A stretch of 64,000 nucleotides of DNA, taken from the NCBI GenBank assembly GCA_036918135.1, contig JBALDB010000039.1:88068-152067 (forward strand), written 5' to 3'. Below, in pieces: positions 10,792 through 22,675 of this stretch; positions within the stretch are counted from its first letter, which is position 1, and the number at the start of each line of letters is the position of its first letter. Made by a program: the position numbers and the translations under genes. The notes beneath the pieces are model-generated. The model did not search any database and was not told the DNA's origin. It saw nothing but the letters and a program-made list of their open reading frames with translations. This stretch comes from Nostoc sp. GTDB lineage: Bacteria > Cyanobacteriota > Cyanobacteriia > Cyanobacteriales > Nostocaceae.

Positions 10792-12345
10792 CTAGTTAAT
10801 TAAAGGTAACAATACATAAAATGTACTGCCTTTACCTAAAATGCTCTGAACCCAGATTTTACCGTTATGTTGCTGCACAATATTCCGACAAATGGCAAGT
10901 CCTAAACCTGTTCCTCCTTTGTTACGGGAATCAGATGCATCTACCTGCTGAAAACGCTCGAAGATAAGTTGTAATTTATCTTCAGGAATTCCTCGTCCTT
11001 CATCTTGGATGGTAATTAAAACATAGTCGGGTGAGGAAGTCTCTTTGGTGTCAGAATCCTGATTTTCTAGAGACTCAACAGTTTTATCTTCTGAGAGAAT
11101 GGCACTAATCCACACACGTTCGCCTGGTTCAGAAAATTTGATTGCATTACTGAGTAAATTTGTCAATGTTTGGATTAAGCGATCGGGGTCTGCCCAAAGT
11201 TCAATTGTTAAAGGATTGACAATCAGTTGGACTTGTAATTTATCTGCCATTGCTTGCATTGCTTCGGTTGCTGTAATTAGCAATTCGGCAACATTGCATT
11301 TGGCCTGTCGCATGAAGATATTGCCGGATTTCATCCGCTCTAAATCGAGAATATCATTCACCAAACGCATCAGGCGTTCGGTATTAGTTGTCGCAATGCT
11401 CAAAACTTTTTGTCCTTGTTCGTTGAGAGTTCCCAGTTGTCCTGCACCCAACAAATCCAATGCTCCCATTGTGGAAGTTAAAGGTGTACGCAATTCATGA
11501 CTGACTAAAGAGATAAACTCGTTTTCTAAGCGTTTGCGTTCGGTAATGTCATTGGCAATTAATAAAGCACACGGCACACCACCTAAGTCAATCAATTCGA
11601 TAGATATTAGTATGATTTTTACTTCACCAGACTTGGTAGAAAATTCAAATTCTTGATTGTAGAGTGAGCCAGTTTCCGGCAGAAATTGGATTTTCTGGGC
11701 GAATGCTACTGTATTTTTGCCAAAATCAAGTTCAGTAGCGGTGTGTCCAATTACTTCTTCTAGACAATAGCCGCTAATCCTTAAAAAACTGGGATTGACA
11801 TCCAGAAAACGAGCTTCGGAAACCGCAGCGATCGCAATTGGATTGGGACTAGAGCGAAAAACCTTAGCAAACTTCTCTTCTGCTTTAGTGCGATCGTGAA
11901 TTTCCTGCTGCAACTGCTGATTTTGGGCTTGGAGTTGTTGTTGCAATTGCCGAATCGTTAAGTGATTTTCAATACGTGCTAAAACCTCTTCTAATTGAAA
12001 AGGCTTAGTGATGTAGTCTACCCCACCAACTGCAAAAGCTTTAATTTTATCTAGTACATCACCCAAAGCACTGATAAAAATTACCGGGATTTCGCGGGTG
12101 CGATCGTTTGCCTTCAAATTTTGACAGACTTCATAGCCATTCATCTCAGGCATATTCACATCCAACAAAATCAGATCGGGGGGAACTGCATTTGCTCCCC
12201 GTAACCCCGTAGAACCTTTAGTTACACTCCTAACTTTATATCCCTGTTCCGTCAGCATGGCAGATAGGAGATTCAGGTTTTCTGGTGTGTCATCAATTAC
12301 CAAAATGTCAGCTTTGGGGAATTTGAGTGACTGGTTAAGCATCAC
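10792..12345 (-). CDS. Hybrid histidine kinase (receiver-PAS-HisKA-HATPase)
   Basis: N-terminal receiver (ILLDVNMP), PAS (NPSFLRISGY), SHELRTP H-box, NAIKF N-box, GTGLGL G2-box. Confidence 0.93.
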   Translation of the reverse strand: MMLNQSLKFPKADILVIDDTPENLNLLSAMLTEQGYKVRSVTKGSTGLRGANAVPPDLILLDVNMPEMNGYEVCQNLKANDRTREIPVIFISALGDVLDKIKAFAVGGVDYITKPFQLEEVLARIENHLTIRQLQQQLQAQNQQLQQEIHDRTKAEEKFAKVFRSSPNPIAIAAVSEARFLDVNPSFLRISGYCLEEVIGHTATELDFGKNTVAFAQKIQFLPETGSLYNQEFEFSTKSGEVKIILISIELIDLGGVPCALLIANDITERKRLENEFISLVSHELRTPLTSTMGALDLLGAGQLGTLNEQGQKVLSIATTNTERLMRLVNDILDLERMKSGNIFMRQAKCNVAELLITATEAMQAMADKLQVQLIVNPLTIELWADPDRLIQTLTNLLSNAIKFSEPGERVWISAILSEDKTVESLENQDSDTKETSSPDYVLITIQDEGRGIPEDKLQLIFERFQQVDASDSRNKGGTGLGLAICRNIVQQHNGKIWVQSILGKGSTFYVLLPLIN

Positions 12346-12539
12346 AATATCGACTTTAGCCAGAATAGGTTACTTATTATTCCTAGAAATTTTAATCTTA
12401 GTTGAGTTTCTTAATAATCAGTTACAAAAAAATGTCAATTATCTCCCCTGGTTCTCCCCCATTCACCGCTAATCTGACAAACATCAAATCAAGTGGCGTT
12501 GCTGACATTTACTAAATTAGACAACAAGGAATAGCTGAT

Positions 12540-12992
12540 ATGCAAACTTCAACCATCCGTAAACCAATTATTCTCACACCAGGAGAAGGTAATCAATTTT
12601 CAATTCTTGGTGGACATTTTACAACCAAAGCAACTGGGGAAGATACAAATGGAGCTTGGACAGTTTATGAAATTACGGATACACAAGGAAATGGCCCGCC
12701 ACTGCATACTCACCCTTGGGAAGAGGCATTTTATATTTTAGAAGGGGAAATGGACATCGAAATAGGTACACAAACAATTTTGGCATCAGCAGGCTCTTTC
12801 GTTAACATTCCTCACAATGTGCCACACGGCTTCAACATTCGTTCTACTACAGCTAAATTTCTGGTTTTAGTTTCACCCAAGGGTGCAGAAAAGTTTTATG
12901 AAGAAATGGGTGAAGTAGCAGAGAGTCCAGCGCTGAATATGGAAAAAGTACAGCCTGTTTTGAAAAAGCATGGTTTGCAGTTTCTTGGTTAA
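12540..12992 (+). CDS. Cupin domain protein (quercetin dioxygenase-like)
   Basis: [17 protein letters not shown] and IPHNVPHGF cupin motifs. Confidence 0.88.
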   Translation: MQTSTIRKPIILTPGEGNQFSILGGHFTTKATGEDTNGAWTVYEITDTQGNGPPLHTHPWEEAFYILEGEMDIEIGTQTILASAGSFVNIPHNVPHGFNIRSTTAKFLVLVSPKGAEKFYEEMGEVAESPALNMEKVQPVLKKHGLQFLG

Positions 12993-13095
12993 ATTGAAAA
13001 ACTGCATCAACTAAGCACAGTGGATACAGAACAATTCAGAATTCTGATTCGACAAAAGTCATATTTATTTAATAACAAATAAGCAATTTAATTCT

Positions 13096-13623
13096 ATGTC
13101 AAAAACTACTCGCCTCTTTGCTGCTAGTGCCCTTAGCTTGAGCCTCAGTGCCAGTTTTGTTTTGTACCCAAGTGCCAGTCAGGCAGGTAAAAATGATGCT
13201 GGAGTGCCTAACGAACTCCAAGGTCAGTGGCGTTACGGTCGAATTTCGTCCATCCAATACCAAGACAGCTACACAGGGCAGCCAGCAGCCCCCAACGGTT
13301 CTAGCGATGAATTTCAACTCGCCTCTAACGGAAACTACCAGCGAAGCAGGCTGCTTCAAATCAACACCTATAACTGTGCGTCTAACTTGTACATAGAAGA
13401 AAAAGGCAAAATTAAGGTTGAGGGTCAACGCCTGACTTTTCAACCCAGTGACAGCATATCTAAAGGACAAATCTGCAATAGTGGACGCACCTATTCCAGC
13501 CGCAATTCAGCAAAGCCTGAAACCTACCAGTGGTCGATTGAGACAAATGATTACGGGCAGCAAGTTCTAGTCCTTGAAACTACTGATGGGAAGGGTAAAG
13601 TTCATTATGGGCGACCTCAGTAA
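13096..13623 (+). CDS. Secreted hypothetical protein (beta-rich, two Cys)
   Basis: Signal peptide ending ASQA; LQGQW motif reminiscent of lipocalin-like barrels. Confidence 0.75.
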   Translation: MSKTTRLFAASALSLSLSASFVLYPSASQAGKNDAGVPNELQGQWRYGRISSIQYQDSYTGQPAAPNGSSDEFQLASNGNYQRSRLLQINTYNCASNLYIEEKGKIKVEGQRLTFQPSDSISKGQICNSGRTYSSRNSAKPETYQWSIETNDYGQQVLVLETTDGKGKVHYGRPQ

Positions 13624-13800
13624 GGGTGCATAACTACACATCCCTACAGAAGATTGCAGTTTAAATAGATGAAAAAGGCTGTAAGTCCAATAAGCTGGGC
13701 TTTGTAAAAATTTTTTAAAAAGGAGAAGGTAGGGATGCACCTTCTCCTTTTCCCTTTAACTGAGAAGTATTGCAGACGGACTATCGGGTGTCTTGTGATG

Positions 13801-13890
13801 TATAGCAAGCGAATTAAAGGTTAGGACATCTTAAAAGCGTGGATGTTAGGAATAGTAATGTTTTTGTTTTACCTCCTGCCTCCTGCTATA
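13801..13890. repeat. Small MITE/SDR-like element
   Basis: TATAGCA...TGCTATA termini, internal GGTTAGGACA and CCTCCTG heptamers; related inverted copy at 63093-63192. Confidence 0.55.
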
Positions 13891-14933
13891 CATTTTCATT
13901 CAGAATTGGTATTACAACAAACACAAGATATAAAATTCCCAATGCATAATTTGAAGCGATCGCACTTTGATTGAATTAGGTTCTAGCTATCGACCTTCCA
14001 AGTCATTCAACTTCGATATCGGTTACACCTACGTATTTGTAAACGATAGCAATATTAACTAGTCAAGTTCTACAGCAGGTACGCTCAAAGGTAATTTTGA
14101 AGGTAGCGTGGATATCGTAGGCTTACAACTGAGCTGGGAATTTTAACTAAAAATAATTGGGGAAGCAGGGTGAGGGAAAAAGGCTTATCTCCTGGGTATT
14201 GGGCTAGTTTCCGTCATCGGCGATCGTAGACTGTACCCTCATCGTATTTATTATCTATCCAGAGGATATCTGCGTACTGCTTTGTGCAAATACTTTGACT
14301 TTCAAAATATAAAGCATACATAAAGTTAAGTATTTATATTTTATAGATTAATCGGCAAAGAATATAAAGAATATGCAAAGATATTTATCTAAATCTAGAC
14401 ATGTAGGTAAATATTTTATATTGAATTAGTATGATGCTATCTTAGATATTTCCTTTTTTGAAGACAAATATCTAAGGGCGATCGCCCACAACGAGGGCAT
14501 AAAGGTTCTTTCTCCTATCTCTGTTAAGTGTTCCCTATTTTTAAACTAGTACGACTTACGCATTGAACCAACCAAATTACCAACCTTTAGTTTGGGACAT
14601 TCAAGCTTGACTTTTCAATCCTTCTTCAGTGATGTTTATGCTAAACGCTTGTCAACGCTACTTAATGAAGGATGCTTGAAACAAGGCTAAAACTAGTTGT
14701 TTTTGTAAATCCACACCCTCAGAAATTTGTACAGTGCTTAAGACGTAGATAGTCATCAATAGTTGGATAAGTACTACTTGCAGGCAAATCAAAAGGAGAA
14801 TTGTCATCAAAAATTTCTAATCTTCAAAGGTGATAAAAGCATGTCGAAAGCGTCAACTTTCGGCGAATTTTTGTGTAGTTAAGCACTAATAACTTAAAGT
14901 TACTCCCAAAATTCATTTAAGTAGGAAAAAGTA

Positions 14934-17567
14934 ATGGCAAATATTATTGGAACCAATGCAAATGACACGCTAGTGGGTACTGACAGCGCCGACACAATTA
15001 ATGGTAAAGCTGGGAATGATACGATCGCAGCCTCTGATGGCAACGACACCTTAACAGGTGGGGGCGGTAAGGATACATTTATTTACGACTTCAACTATGA
15101 CAATATTGTTACTATTACCGATTTCGGTGGTGTAGGTAAAGGAACAAATCCAACACCAGCAGTCATTGCCGAAGTGGATACTATCAAATTTGAAGGCTCC
15201 AGTGCCAGAAATATGGTGCTCACTCAGAACGGCAACAATCTGGAAATCACCTTTGAAGGGCTAAGTATTGTAACACCTTATACAAAGGTTATCCTGCAAA
15301 ACTTCAAACTAGAAGATTTAGATAACCTGAAAGCTTCTGGTACAAGACCAGCCATAGGCAATGTCCTGTTTGATGGGGAAACTAGCATCACCGATAGTTT
15401 TAATGTCCTAGACGCTAACTCTACTGATACGAGCATAGGCATCAAAAACACTGTCACCTTCCTCAATGATTTGGACAACAATATTACGGGTTTAGACAAC
15501 TCAGATGATGTGGTCAATGGTCAGGGAGGTAATGACAAAATCGACGGCTTAAGTGGTGACGACTTGCTGCGGGGTGGTGCAGGCAATGATACTCTCATTG
15601 GTGGTGTAGGGAATGACAACCTTGTTGATATTACTGGCAATAACTCCCTTGTTGGTGGTATTGGTGACGATATCTTAGATGTTGACTCTTCAACAGGCAA
15701 GAACACCCTCGACGGTGGTGCTGATGACGATACATTGATAGCCCTGGGCTCACAAGGTAATAATTTACTCTTCGGAGGGGATGGTAATGATTATCTTGAT
15801 ACTGGTGAGTTTCCTAACCTAAACGGTACTGTTGCCTCCTTAGGCAATAATACGCTTAACGGTGGTGCTGGTAACGATCGCTTGCGTGCTGACTCTCCAA
15901 AAGGTAATAATTTACTCTCTGGGGACAATGGCGATGATTATCTGAGTGTGTCTGGTAGTAGTGGTTTTAGAAGGACTAGCTACTATGACGACTTTGAATT
16001 TAGTCCTTCAGGTGATAATACCCTCAACGGTGGTGCTGGTAACGATACATTGCTTGCTAAGTATTCAGCAGGCGATAATCTACTCTCTGGTGATGATGGA
16101 AATGATTACCTCTCCATCTCTGGCTATGTCATCTCGTTCAGCGGTGGGGATATTTTTTACCCCTCCACAGGCAATAACACCCTCAACGGTGGTACTGGTA
16201 ACGATACATTGGATGTTACCGATTCAATAGGCAATAACCTACTCTCTGGTGGCGATGGCAATGATTCCTTCTCTGTGGACAATGGTAGCAAAGATACGAT
16301 AGATGGAGGTAAAGGTGACGATTTGTTATCTGTCGATTACAGCAATGCTAATGGAGGAATCACTTCAACATTCAATGCCACCACTAACACTGGCTCAATT
16401 ACAGCAGCCACGGAGGATCGAGTTAGCTACAAGAATATCGAACGATTAAATATCATAGGTACAGCCTACGATGACAACATTGTAGGCACCAATGGTAACG
16501 ATACGCTCTTTGCAGGCACTGGTGGCAAAGATACGATAGACGGGGGTAAGGGTGACGATTTGTTGTCCGTGGATTACAGAAATGCTACTGGAGGAATCAG
16601 TTCAACATTTAATGCTGCTACTAACACTGGCTCAATTACAGCAGGCATGTATAGGGTTAGCTACAAGAATATCGAACGATTAAATATCACAGGTACAAAC
16701 TACAATGACAATATTGTGGGGAACAATGGCAACGATACGCTCTCTGGGGGCTATGGTGGCAAAGACACGATAGACGGGGGTAAGGGTGACGATTTGTTGT
16801 CTGTGGATTACAGAAATGCTACTGGAGGAATCACTTCGACATTTAATGCTGCTACTAATACTGGAGAAATTACGGCAGGCACCTATGGAGTTAGCTACAA
16901 AAATATCGAACAATTAAACATTATAGGAGGTACAATCTATAATGACAACATTGTGGGCAGCAATGGCAACGATACGCTCTCTATGGACATTAGTGCCAAA
17001 GATACGGTAGATGGGGGTCAAGGTAACGATTTATTGTACGTCTACGGGGATCCTTTTCAAGGAATCACTTCGACATTCAACGCTACCACTAACACTGGAG
17101 AAATTACAGCGGGCACCTATGGAGTTAGCTACAAAAATATCGAACAATTAAATATTACAGGTACAGATTACGATGATTACATTGTGGGGAGCAATGGCAA
17201 CGATACGCTCTCTGGGGGCTATATTGGTGGCGGCAATGATACGCTTATTGGCGGTGCAGGTAATGATACCTTTATTTTAGATCTTCTAAGTGGAAGCGTT
17301 GATAAAATTTCTGACTTTAGTACGACTAATGACCTGATTCAAGTCTCAGCTTTCGGTGATAGCAGCTTATTACCAGGTGTACTAAAAGCTAATCAGTTTG
17401 CAATCGGAACATCTGCAACCACAACTAGTCAGCGATTGATTTATGACGCTAGTACAGGTGCATTGTTGTATGATGCAGATGGCAGTGCAAATCAATATAC
17501 TCAGTTTCAATTTGGACAATTATCTGCTGGCTTGTCATTAACCAATAATAATTTCGTGGTTGTTTAA
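14934..17567 (+). CDS. RTX/hemolysin-type calcium-binding repeat protein (likely T1SS-secreted)
   Basis: Many GGxGxDxL nonapeptides, four long internal repeats, C-terminal LIYDASTGALLYDADG...NFVVV motif. Confidence 0.92.
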   Translation: MANIIGTNANDTLVGTDSADTINGKAGNDTIAASDGNDTLTGGGGKDTFIYDFNYDNIVTITDFGGVGKGTNPTPAVIAEVDTIKFEGSSARNMVLTQNGNNLEITFEGLSIVTPYTKVILQNFKLEDLDNLKASGTRPAIGNVLFDGETSITDSFNVLDANSTDTSIGIKNTVTFLNDLDNNITGLDNSDDVVNGQGGNDKIDGLSGDDLLRGGAGNDTLIGGVGNDNLVDITGNNSLVGGIGDDILDVDSSTGKNTLDGGADDDTLIALGSQGNNLLFGGDGNDYLDTGEFPNLNGTVASLGNNTLNGGAGNDRLRADSPKGNNLLSGDNGDDYLSVSGSSGFRRTSYYDDFEFSPSGDNTLNGGAGNDTLLAKYSAGDNLLSGDDGNDYLSISGYVISFSGGDIFYPSTGNNTLNGGTGNDTLDVTDSIGNNLLSGGDGNDSFSVDNGSKDTIDGGKGDDLLSVDYSNANGGITSTFNATTNTGSITAATEDRVSYKNIERLNIIGTAYDDNIVGTNGNDTLFAGTGGKDTIDGGKGDDLLSVDYRNATGGISSTFNAATNTGSITAGMYRVSYKNIERLNITGTNYNDNIVGNNGNDTLSGGYGGKDTIDGGKGDDLLSVDYRNATGGITSTFNAATNTGEITAGTYGVSYKNIEQLNIIGGTIYNDNIVGSNGNDTLSMDISAKDTVDGGQGNDLLYVYGDPFQGITSTFNATTNTGEITAGTYGVSYKNIEQLNITGTDYDDYIVGSNGNDTLSGGYIGGGNDTLIGGAGNDTFILDLLSGSVDKISDFSTTNDLIQVSAFGDSSLLPGVLKANQFAIGTSATTTSQRLIYDASTGALLYDADGSANQYTQFQFGQLSAGLSLTNNNFVVV

Positions 17568-17880
17568 AGGTAGTTAGGATTTCATCGCAGGTAACAAACA
17601 AAGTAATAAACCTTAAAAATGCGAGGTACTATTCTAGACACCTCGCATTAAATTCATCTGTGCATTTGTAATTCGGACTTGGATACAATTTATTTTTCTT
17701 ATAGCGTAGACGTAGCCCACCGTACTTGTTGCAGCATTCAACAAGCAAAATATCTATTTTTTATTTATCTAGAGAATATCTCTCTACTGGTTTGTACAAA
17801 TGAAATAATCTTGCCCAAAAACGGGAAAACTATGGTTAATCCCTAATAGGAAAATTTCCATATAAGTCCTGAATAAGAAA

Positions 17881-18492
17881 ATGCTCAAGAAATCTCTGCT
17901 CAAGTTTTTAATTTTGCCTTTTTCTCTAGTGCCTTGGCTATGTGTGGGAATGCTTTTTGATGCCAAAGTTAATGCTTTACCAGGACAAAGTACAGAAGAA
18001 GTAGGCACCTGGATTAAAGCACATCCCACACTCCGCCCCAGAAATGGAGAGCAATTGTTTGTACAAAAGACTGATACAGCTGCCCAAAGATTCACTTTTC
18101 AAGCGTCAGTATTACCTCCAGGTAGGGTGGAATTTTCTAAAGACCGTAGCACAATTCGTAGCGAGCGGATTGCTATGTACGATGCGATTAACGGTATGAC
18201 ATTTGAGCGCCTGCAAGAATCTTTGCGAGTGATTTATGGTTTAGAGATTTATCAAGACTACGATCGCGCCCAAGTCGTGTACCAATATCCCAACCAAAAG
18301 GTAGTTAACTCAGCGCGTCTTGCTAAAACTCCGATTCGAGAAGCTTTAAAAGGAGAATTACGAGTAGGCGATCGCTATGTGTATTGGGTGGAAATTGCCC
18401 AACCCAAAACGGGCAAAGCTTTTACTGGTCAGATGACGATTTTACTCAAAACAGACTTAGACAAGTTAGAAAAAGAACTGCAAATTCGGTAG
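17881..18492 (+). CDS. Conserved cyanobacterial hypothetical exported protein
   Basis: Signal-peptide-like N-terminus followed by ALPGQ...WIKAHPTL. Confidence 0.8.
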   Translation: MLKKSLLKFLILPFSLVPWLCVGMLFDAKVNALPGQSTEEVGTWIKAHPTLRPRNGEQLFVQKTDTAAQRFTFQASVLPPGRVEFSKDRSTIRSERIAMYDAINGMTFERLQESLRVIYGLEIYQDYDRAQVVYQYPNQKVVNSARLAKTPIREALKGELRVGDRYVYWVEIAQPKTGKAFTGQMTILLKTDLDKLEKELQIR

Positions 18493-18631
18493 TATGTGGC
18501 ATTAACAGTGTTAACTGTTGAGTGTTGAGTTAGGAGTTATTCTCCTTGTCCTCTAAAGTTTGGATACCTACGGCAAGCCCTACCCTTCGGGAACGACTTC
18601 GTCGAATGGGTTCTTATTTTTTGGAGTTCCC

Positions 18632-19000
18632 TTACAGTTTCTCGAAGCCCGCAGAAGCTAAGTTTTGCCATGTACCTGAAAAGATACTTTCAGATCCTAA
18701 GGAAATTCGTAATAAATCTTCCTTCAATAGTGGCGGCCAATCAATGCCGACTTTACGCCCTGCGGCAAATAGCTGTTGTGTCTTGATGCTTAACTGATAA
18801 AGCGCCAAAGCTAGTTCTCGGTCTAGGGTAGGGGCGTCTTTGAGGGCTTCAAACACCACTTTCAATGCCAACAAAATTGAGGTGATCTGACCGGGTACTG
18901 GAGGTTTCCCATATTTCATACGCTCTAACAGCGCATCTGGGTAATCCTGGGTTGCGATTGTCTGATCTATCAGGAGTTTGCGAGCTGTTTCGTAATTCAT
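18632..19000 (-). CDS. Conserved cyanobacterial hypothetical protein
   Basis: PPVPGQITSILLALKVVFEAL...LDRELA motif; no catalytic motif recognised. Confidence 0.8.
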   Translation of the reverse strand: MNYETARKLLIDQTIATQDYPDALLERMKYGKPPVPGQITSILLALKVVFEALKDAPTLDRELALALYQLSIKTQQLFAAGRKVGIDWPPLLKEDLLRISLGSESIFSGTWQNLASAGFEKL

Positions 19001-19208
19001 GTAACAAGCTTACCGTACATTTTGATTCGGCAGTAATACTTAATTAAAATGTTATAAAACTGTTTATGGTTATTTATAGCGATCTCATTTAATTTGTCAA
19101 AAGATACACGTAGAAAAAATGATGAGGAATTTGCAATGCTCTGGATTAACCAGATAGACTAAGTATAATAGCTTTGAAAAATACTCGTTTTTGGAAATTA
19201 CAAGCAAA

Positions 19209-19445
19209 ATGATATCACCGAATTTACTAGAAATTGAGCGCTCCATCCGTGCCTTGTCTGTTGAAGAACAACTTTGGCTACTAGAAAGTATTGCTCGTGA
19301 AATCCGAGAAAGGGAGTATACAAAAGAGATATTGACTGATATCAAACATCCGCAAGAAGAACTGGGAGAAATAGCTAGTGAGCTAAAAATTACAACAGAA
19401 GTTTCTCAGTTCAAAGATGAATTTGCCAGTTCGGAAATCCTCTGA
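19209..19445 (+). CDS. Small hypothetical protein (antitoxin-like)
   Basis: IRALSVEEQLWLLESIA helix pattern with acidic tail; start reassigned to ATG 19209; no cognate toxin visible. Confidence 0.55.
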   Translation: MISPNLLEIERSIRALSVEEQLWLLESIAREIREREYTKEILTDIKHPQEELGEIASELKITTEVSQFKDEFASSEIL

Positions 19446-19975
19446 ACTATATAAGACTAAAAATTATTAGGTCGCTAGAATTAAAAATTAAAATATGCAA
19501 ATTCTTGGTGAGCGATCGCTAATAATTACTCAAGGCGATCGCCAACTCATATTTACAATACACAAAATTTGCAATTTTGGCTAAATATTTAATATTTTTT
19601 ACAAAGTCACTGGATTTGACAGTAGCTGTTTACGGACGCGCTAGCTTCCGTTATGGATGGGAGAAACAAGTCAAATCCTCTTCCCTCCAGCCTCCTGCCT
19701 TATTTCTTAGGAGATAGTAGCAAATTAATATCTACTATAGATAACTATGTAATTTAAATCTTTTGAATTAATTTTTTTGTGGATGACTTTACTATATAAC
19801 CCTATTCTGGTATTTGACTGAGGTAAATACGCTCTAGAATGTTGCTAATTTAGAGGTCAATAGGGACAATCTTCCAAAAACAAATTTTCTAACGTCCTTA
19901 TTAAATTGTTTGAAGTTATGTAGCCTTTTGACTACGGCCTATCAAGCACTGCGGTAAACTATGCGTTGATTATAA

Positions 19976-20263
<288 letters not shown>

Positions 20264-20708
20264 AAAGCTCGTGCAGAGTTGTGAGTGTTGAGTGCCTTGT
20301 GCTGAGATATAAACAAGCAAATTAAAAAATAATTTCTTGATTCTTCACTCAGGACTCGGAACTTAGCACTCAAGACTTTTAAAGTGTCTCAATAGCAAGC
20401 ACCTTTAGCATTGTAGGGGAGCCAGTGCAGTCCTTTGGTCTCTAAAAGTGGCGTCAACTGGTATTGGGTATTGCCCGTCTGACAAAATCGTAATTTGAGA
20501 TTAGAGATAAAATCTCTAGGTATCTAAATCCTAGAAGTTGCGCTTGTAGCGTTGGCTCAAAAGCAGACAATTTACTGTCAAAAGCCCAAAATCTATAACA
20601 ATATCTAGTGGTAGAGGGAGCAAATAGCCCCCTTTTTTCTTTGGGAAACGCCCATGTGGTAACAACGTATACTGGATTTAATCATCCTGAAAAAAAGTGG
20701 TGTGAGCC

Positions 20709-22601
20709 ATGTGCGGAATTGTTGGATATATAGGCACTCAAGCGGCGACAGACATTTTACTGGCTGGGCTAGAAAAACTAGAGTACAGGGGCTATGATTC
20801 CGCTGGAATCGCCACTGTTTGGGAAGGTGAGGTTAATTGCGTGCGTGCCAAGGGCAAATTGCATAACCTGCGTTCTAAGCTCGAACAAATGGAAACTCCC
20901 GCCCAAATTGGTATTGGTCACACTCGCTGGGCTACTCATGGTAAACCAGAAGAGTACAACGCCCATCCCCACATGGATACGGCAAAGCGAGTGGCAGTGG
21001 TACAAAATGGCATTATCGAAAATTACCGCGAGTTACGCGAAGAACTCAAAGCAAAAGGACACGTTTTTCGTTCCGAAACCGATACTGAAGTTATCCCCCA
21101 CCTGATCGCCGAACTTCTAAAGAATTTTTCTCCCTCATCTGGCTCATCCCCCTCATCTCCTTTGTTAGAGGCAATTCGCCAAGCTGTTAACCACTTAGAG
21201 GGGGCATTTGCACTCGCAGTGGTTTCTGCTGATTATCCTGACGAACTAATTGTTGTTCGCCAACAAGCACCCTTAGTGATTGGATTTGGGCAAGGGGAAT
21301 TCTTTTGTGCTTCCGATACGCCAGCGATCGTTTCCTACACCCGTGCAGTGCTACCTCTGGAAAATGGCGAAATTGCCCGCCTCACACCTTTGGGTGTGGA
21401 GATTTACAACTTTGCTGGCGACAGGCTCAAAAAACAACCCCGACTGCTCAACTTGAATCCCACGATGGTAGAAAAACAGGGATTCAAACACTTCATGCTC
21501 AAGGAAATTCACGAGCAACCAGGGGTAGTCAGAGCTAGTTTAGAAGCTTATTTTAATAATGTAGAAGAAAATACGCGATCGCCAATCAATCTAGGGTTAC
21601 CTGAAGATTTATACACTGATTTAGAACAAATTCATATCGTTGCTTGTGGTACAAGTTGGCACGCAGCATTAATCGGCAAATATTTAATCGAACAACTAGC
21701 AGGAATTTCCACGCAGGTACATTACGCGTCTGAGTATCGCTATGCACCATCACCATTAACATCTAATACTTTAATTATTGGCGTTACTCAATCAGGGGAA
21801 ACCGCTGATACTCTAGCAGCTTTGGCAATGGAAAAAGAACGCCGCCAGGGAAAAGAAGCGAAATATCAAGCGCGACTGTTAGGTATTACCAATCGTCCAG
21901 AAAGCAGCCTTGGTCATTTAGTACCCCATATCATTAGTACTTTAGCAGGAATAGAAATAGGGGTAGCAGCAACAAAAACTTTTACTGCCCAACTGATGGC
22001 GTTTTATGCATTGGCATTAGATTTAGCAGCTCATCGTCAGACAGTTTCAAAAGACACTTTAGAGAAAATTATTAATGGCTTGCGGCAAATTCCTAAAGAT
22101 ATTGAGTCAACTTTAGAAAGCCAGGAAAGTTTAAGCGAACAGCTAGCCCATGAATTCGCCGAAACTCAAGATTTCATTTTTGTGGGCAGAGGAATTAACT
22201 TTCCGATTGCTTTAGAAGGGGCGTTGAAACTAAAAGAAATCAGCTACATTCACGCCGAAGGATATCCTGCTGGAGAGATGAAACACGGCCCCATCGCTTT
22301 GTTAGATGTGAAAGTACCGGTAGTGGCGATCGCAGTTCCTGGTAGTGTGTATGAAAAGGTTATTTCCAATGCCCAAGAAGCCAAAGCCAGAGATTCTCGA
22401 CTAATTGGCGTGACTCCAGTCAAAGATGGCGAAGCTGGAGAAATCTTTAATGATTTACTCCCTGTCTCTAATGTGGAAGAATTGCTTTCTCCCCTCCTCA
22501 CAGTTGTACCCTTGCAACTATTGGCTTATCACATTGCCGCCCGTCGCGGTTTGGATGTCGATCAGCCTCGTAACCTTGCTAAAAGTGTTACGGTTGAATA
22601 G
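20709..22601 (+). CDS. glmS: Glutamine--fructose-6-phosphate aminotransferase
   Basis: MCGIVG N-terminus, GHTRWATHG, SQSGET-like motif (TQSGETAD), C-terminal PRNLAKSVTVE. Confidence 0.99.
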   Translation: MCGIVGYIGTQAATDILLAGLEKLEYRGYDSAGIATVWEGEVNCVRAKGKLHNLRSKLEQMETPAQIGIGHTRWATHGKPEEYNAHPHMDTAKRVAVVQNGIIENYRELREELKAKGHVFRSETDTEVIPHLIAELLKNFSPSSGSSPSSPLLEAIRQAVNHLEGAFALAVVSADYPDELIVVRQQAPLVIGFGQGEFFCASDTPAIVSYTRAVLPLENGEIARLTPLGVEIYNFAGDRLKKQPRLLNLNPTMVEKQGFKHFMLKEIHEQPGVVRASLEAYFNNVEENTRSPINLGLPEDLYTDLEQIHIVACGTSWHAALIGKYLIEQLAGISTQVHYASEYRYAPSPLTSNTLIIGVTQSGETADTLAALAMEKERRQGKEAKYQARLLGITNRPESSLGHLVPHIISTLAGIEIGVAATKTFTAQLMAFYALALDLAAHRQTVSKDTLEKIINGLRQIPKDIESTLESQESLSEQLAHEFAETQDFIFVGRGINFPIALEGALKLKEISYIHAEGYPAGEMKHGPIALLDVKVPVVAIAVPGSVYEKVISNAQEAKARDSRLIGVTPVKDGEAGEIFNDLLPVSNVEELLSPLLTVVPLQLLAYHIAARRGLDVDQPRNLAKSVTVE

Positions 22602-22627
22602 TAGAAATATATACTTCTACGTATGAG

Positions 22628-22675
22628 TGTAGACGAATAAAAAAGTCGTACAATAAATAAAAAAGTTATACAATC
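22628..22675 (+). mobile_element. Tn7-like transposon end at attTn7
   Basis: TGT terminus 26 nt after the glmS stop; 8-bp TGTAGACG then two tandem 20-bp sites AATAAAAAAGTCGTACAATA / AATAAAAAAGTTATACAATC (TnsB-site-like). Confidence 0.65.

Noticed and set aside
18632..19000. Dethiobiotin synthetase (a label I recall attached to similar proteins)
   Set aside because: Only 122 aa and no P-loop; cannot be BioD
20264..20708. glmS ribozyme upstream of glmS
   Set aside because: No recognisable glmS ribozyme core; the region holds heptamer repeats and a hairpin followed by a T-run that fits a psaC terminator
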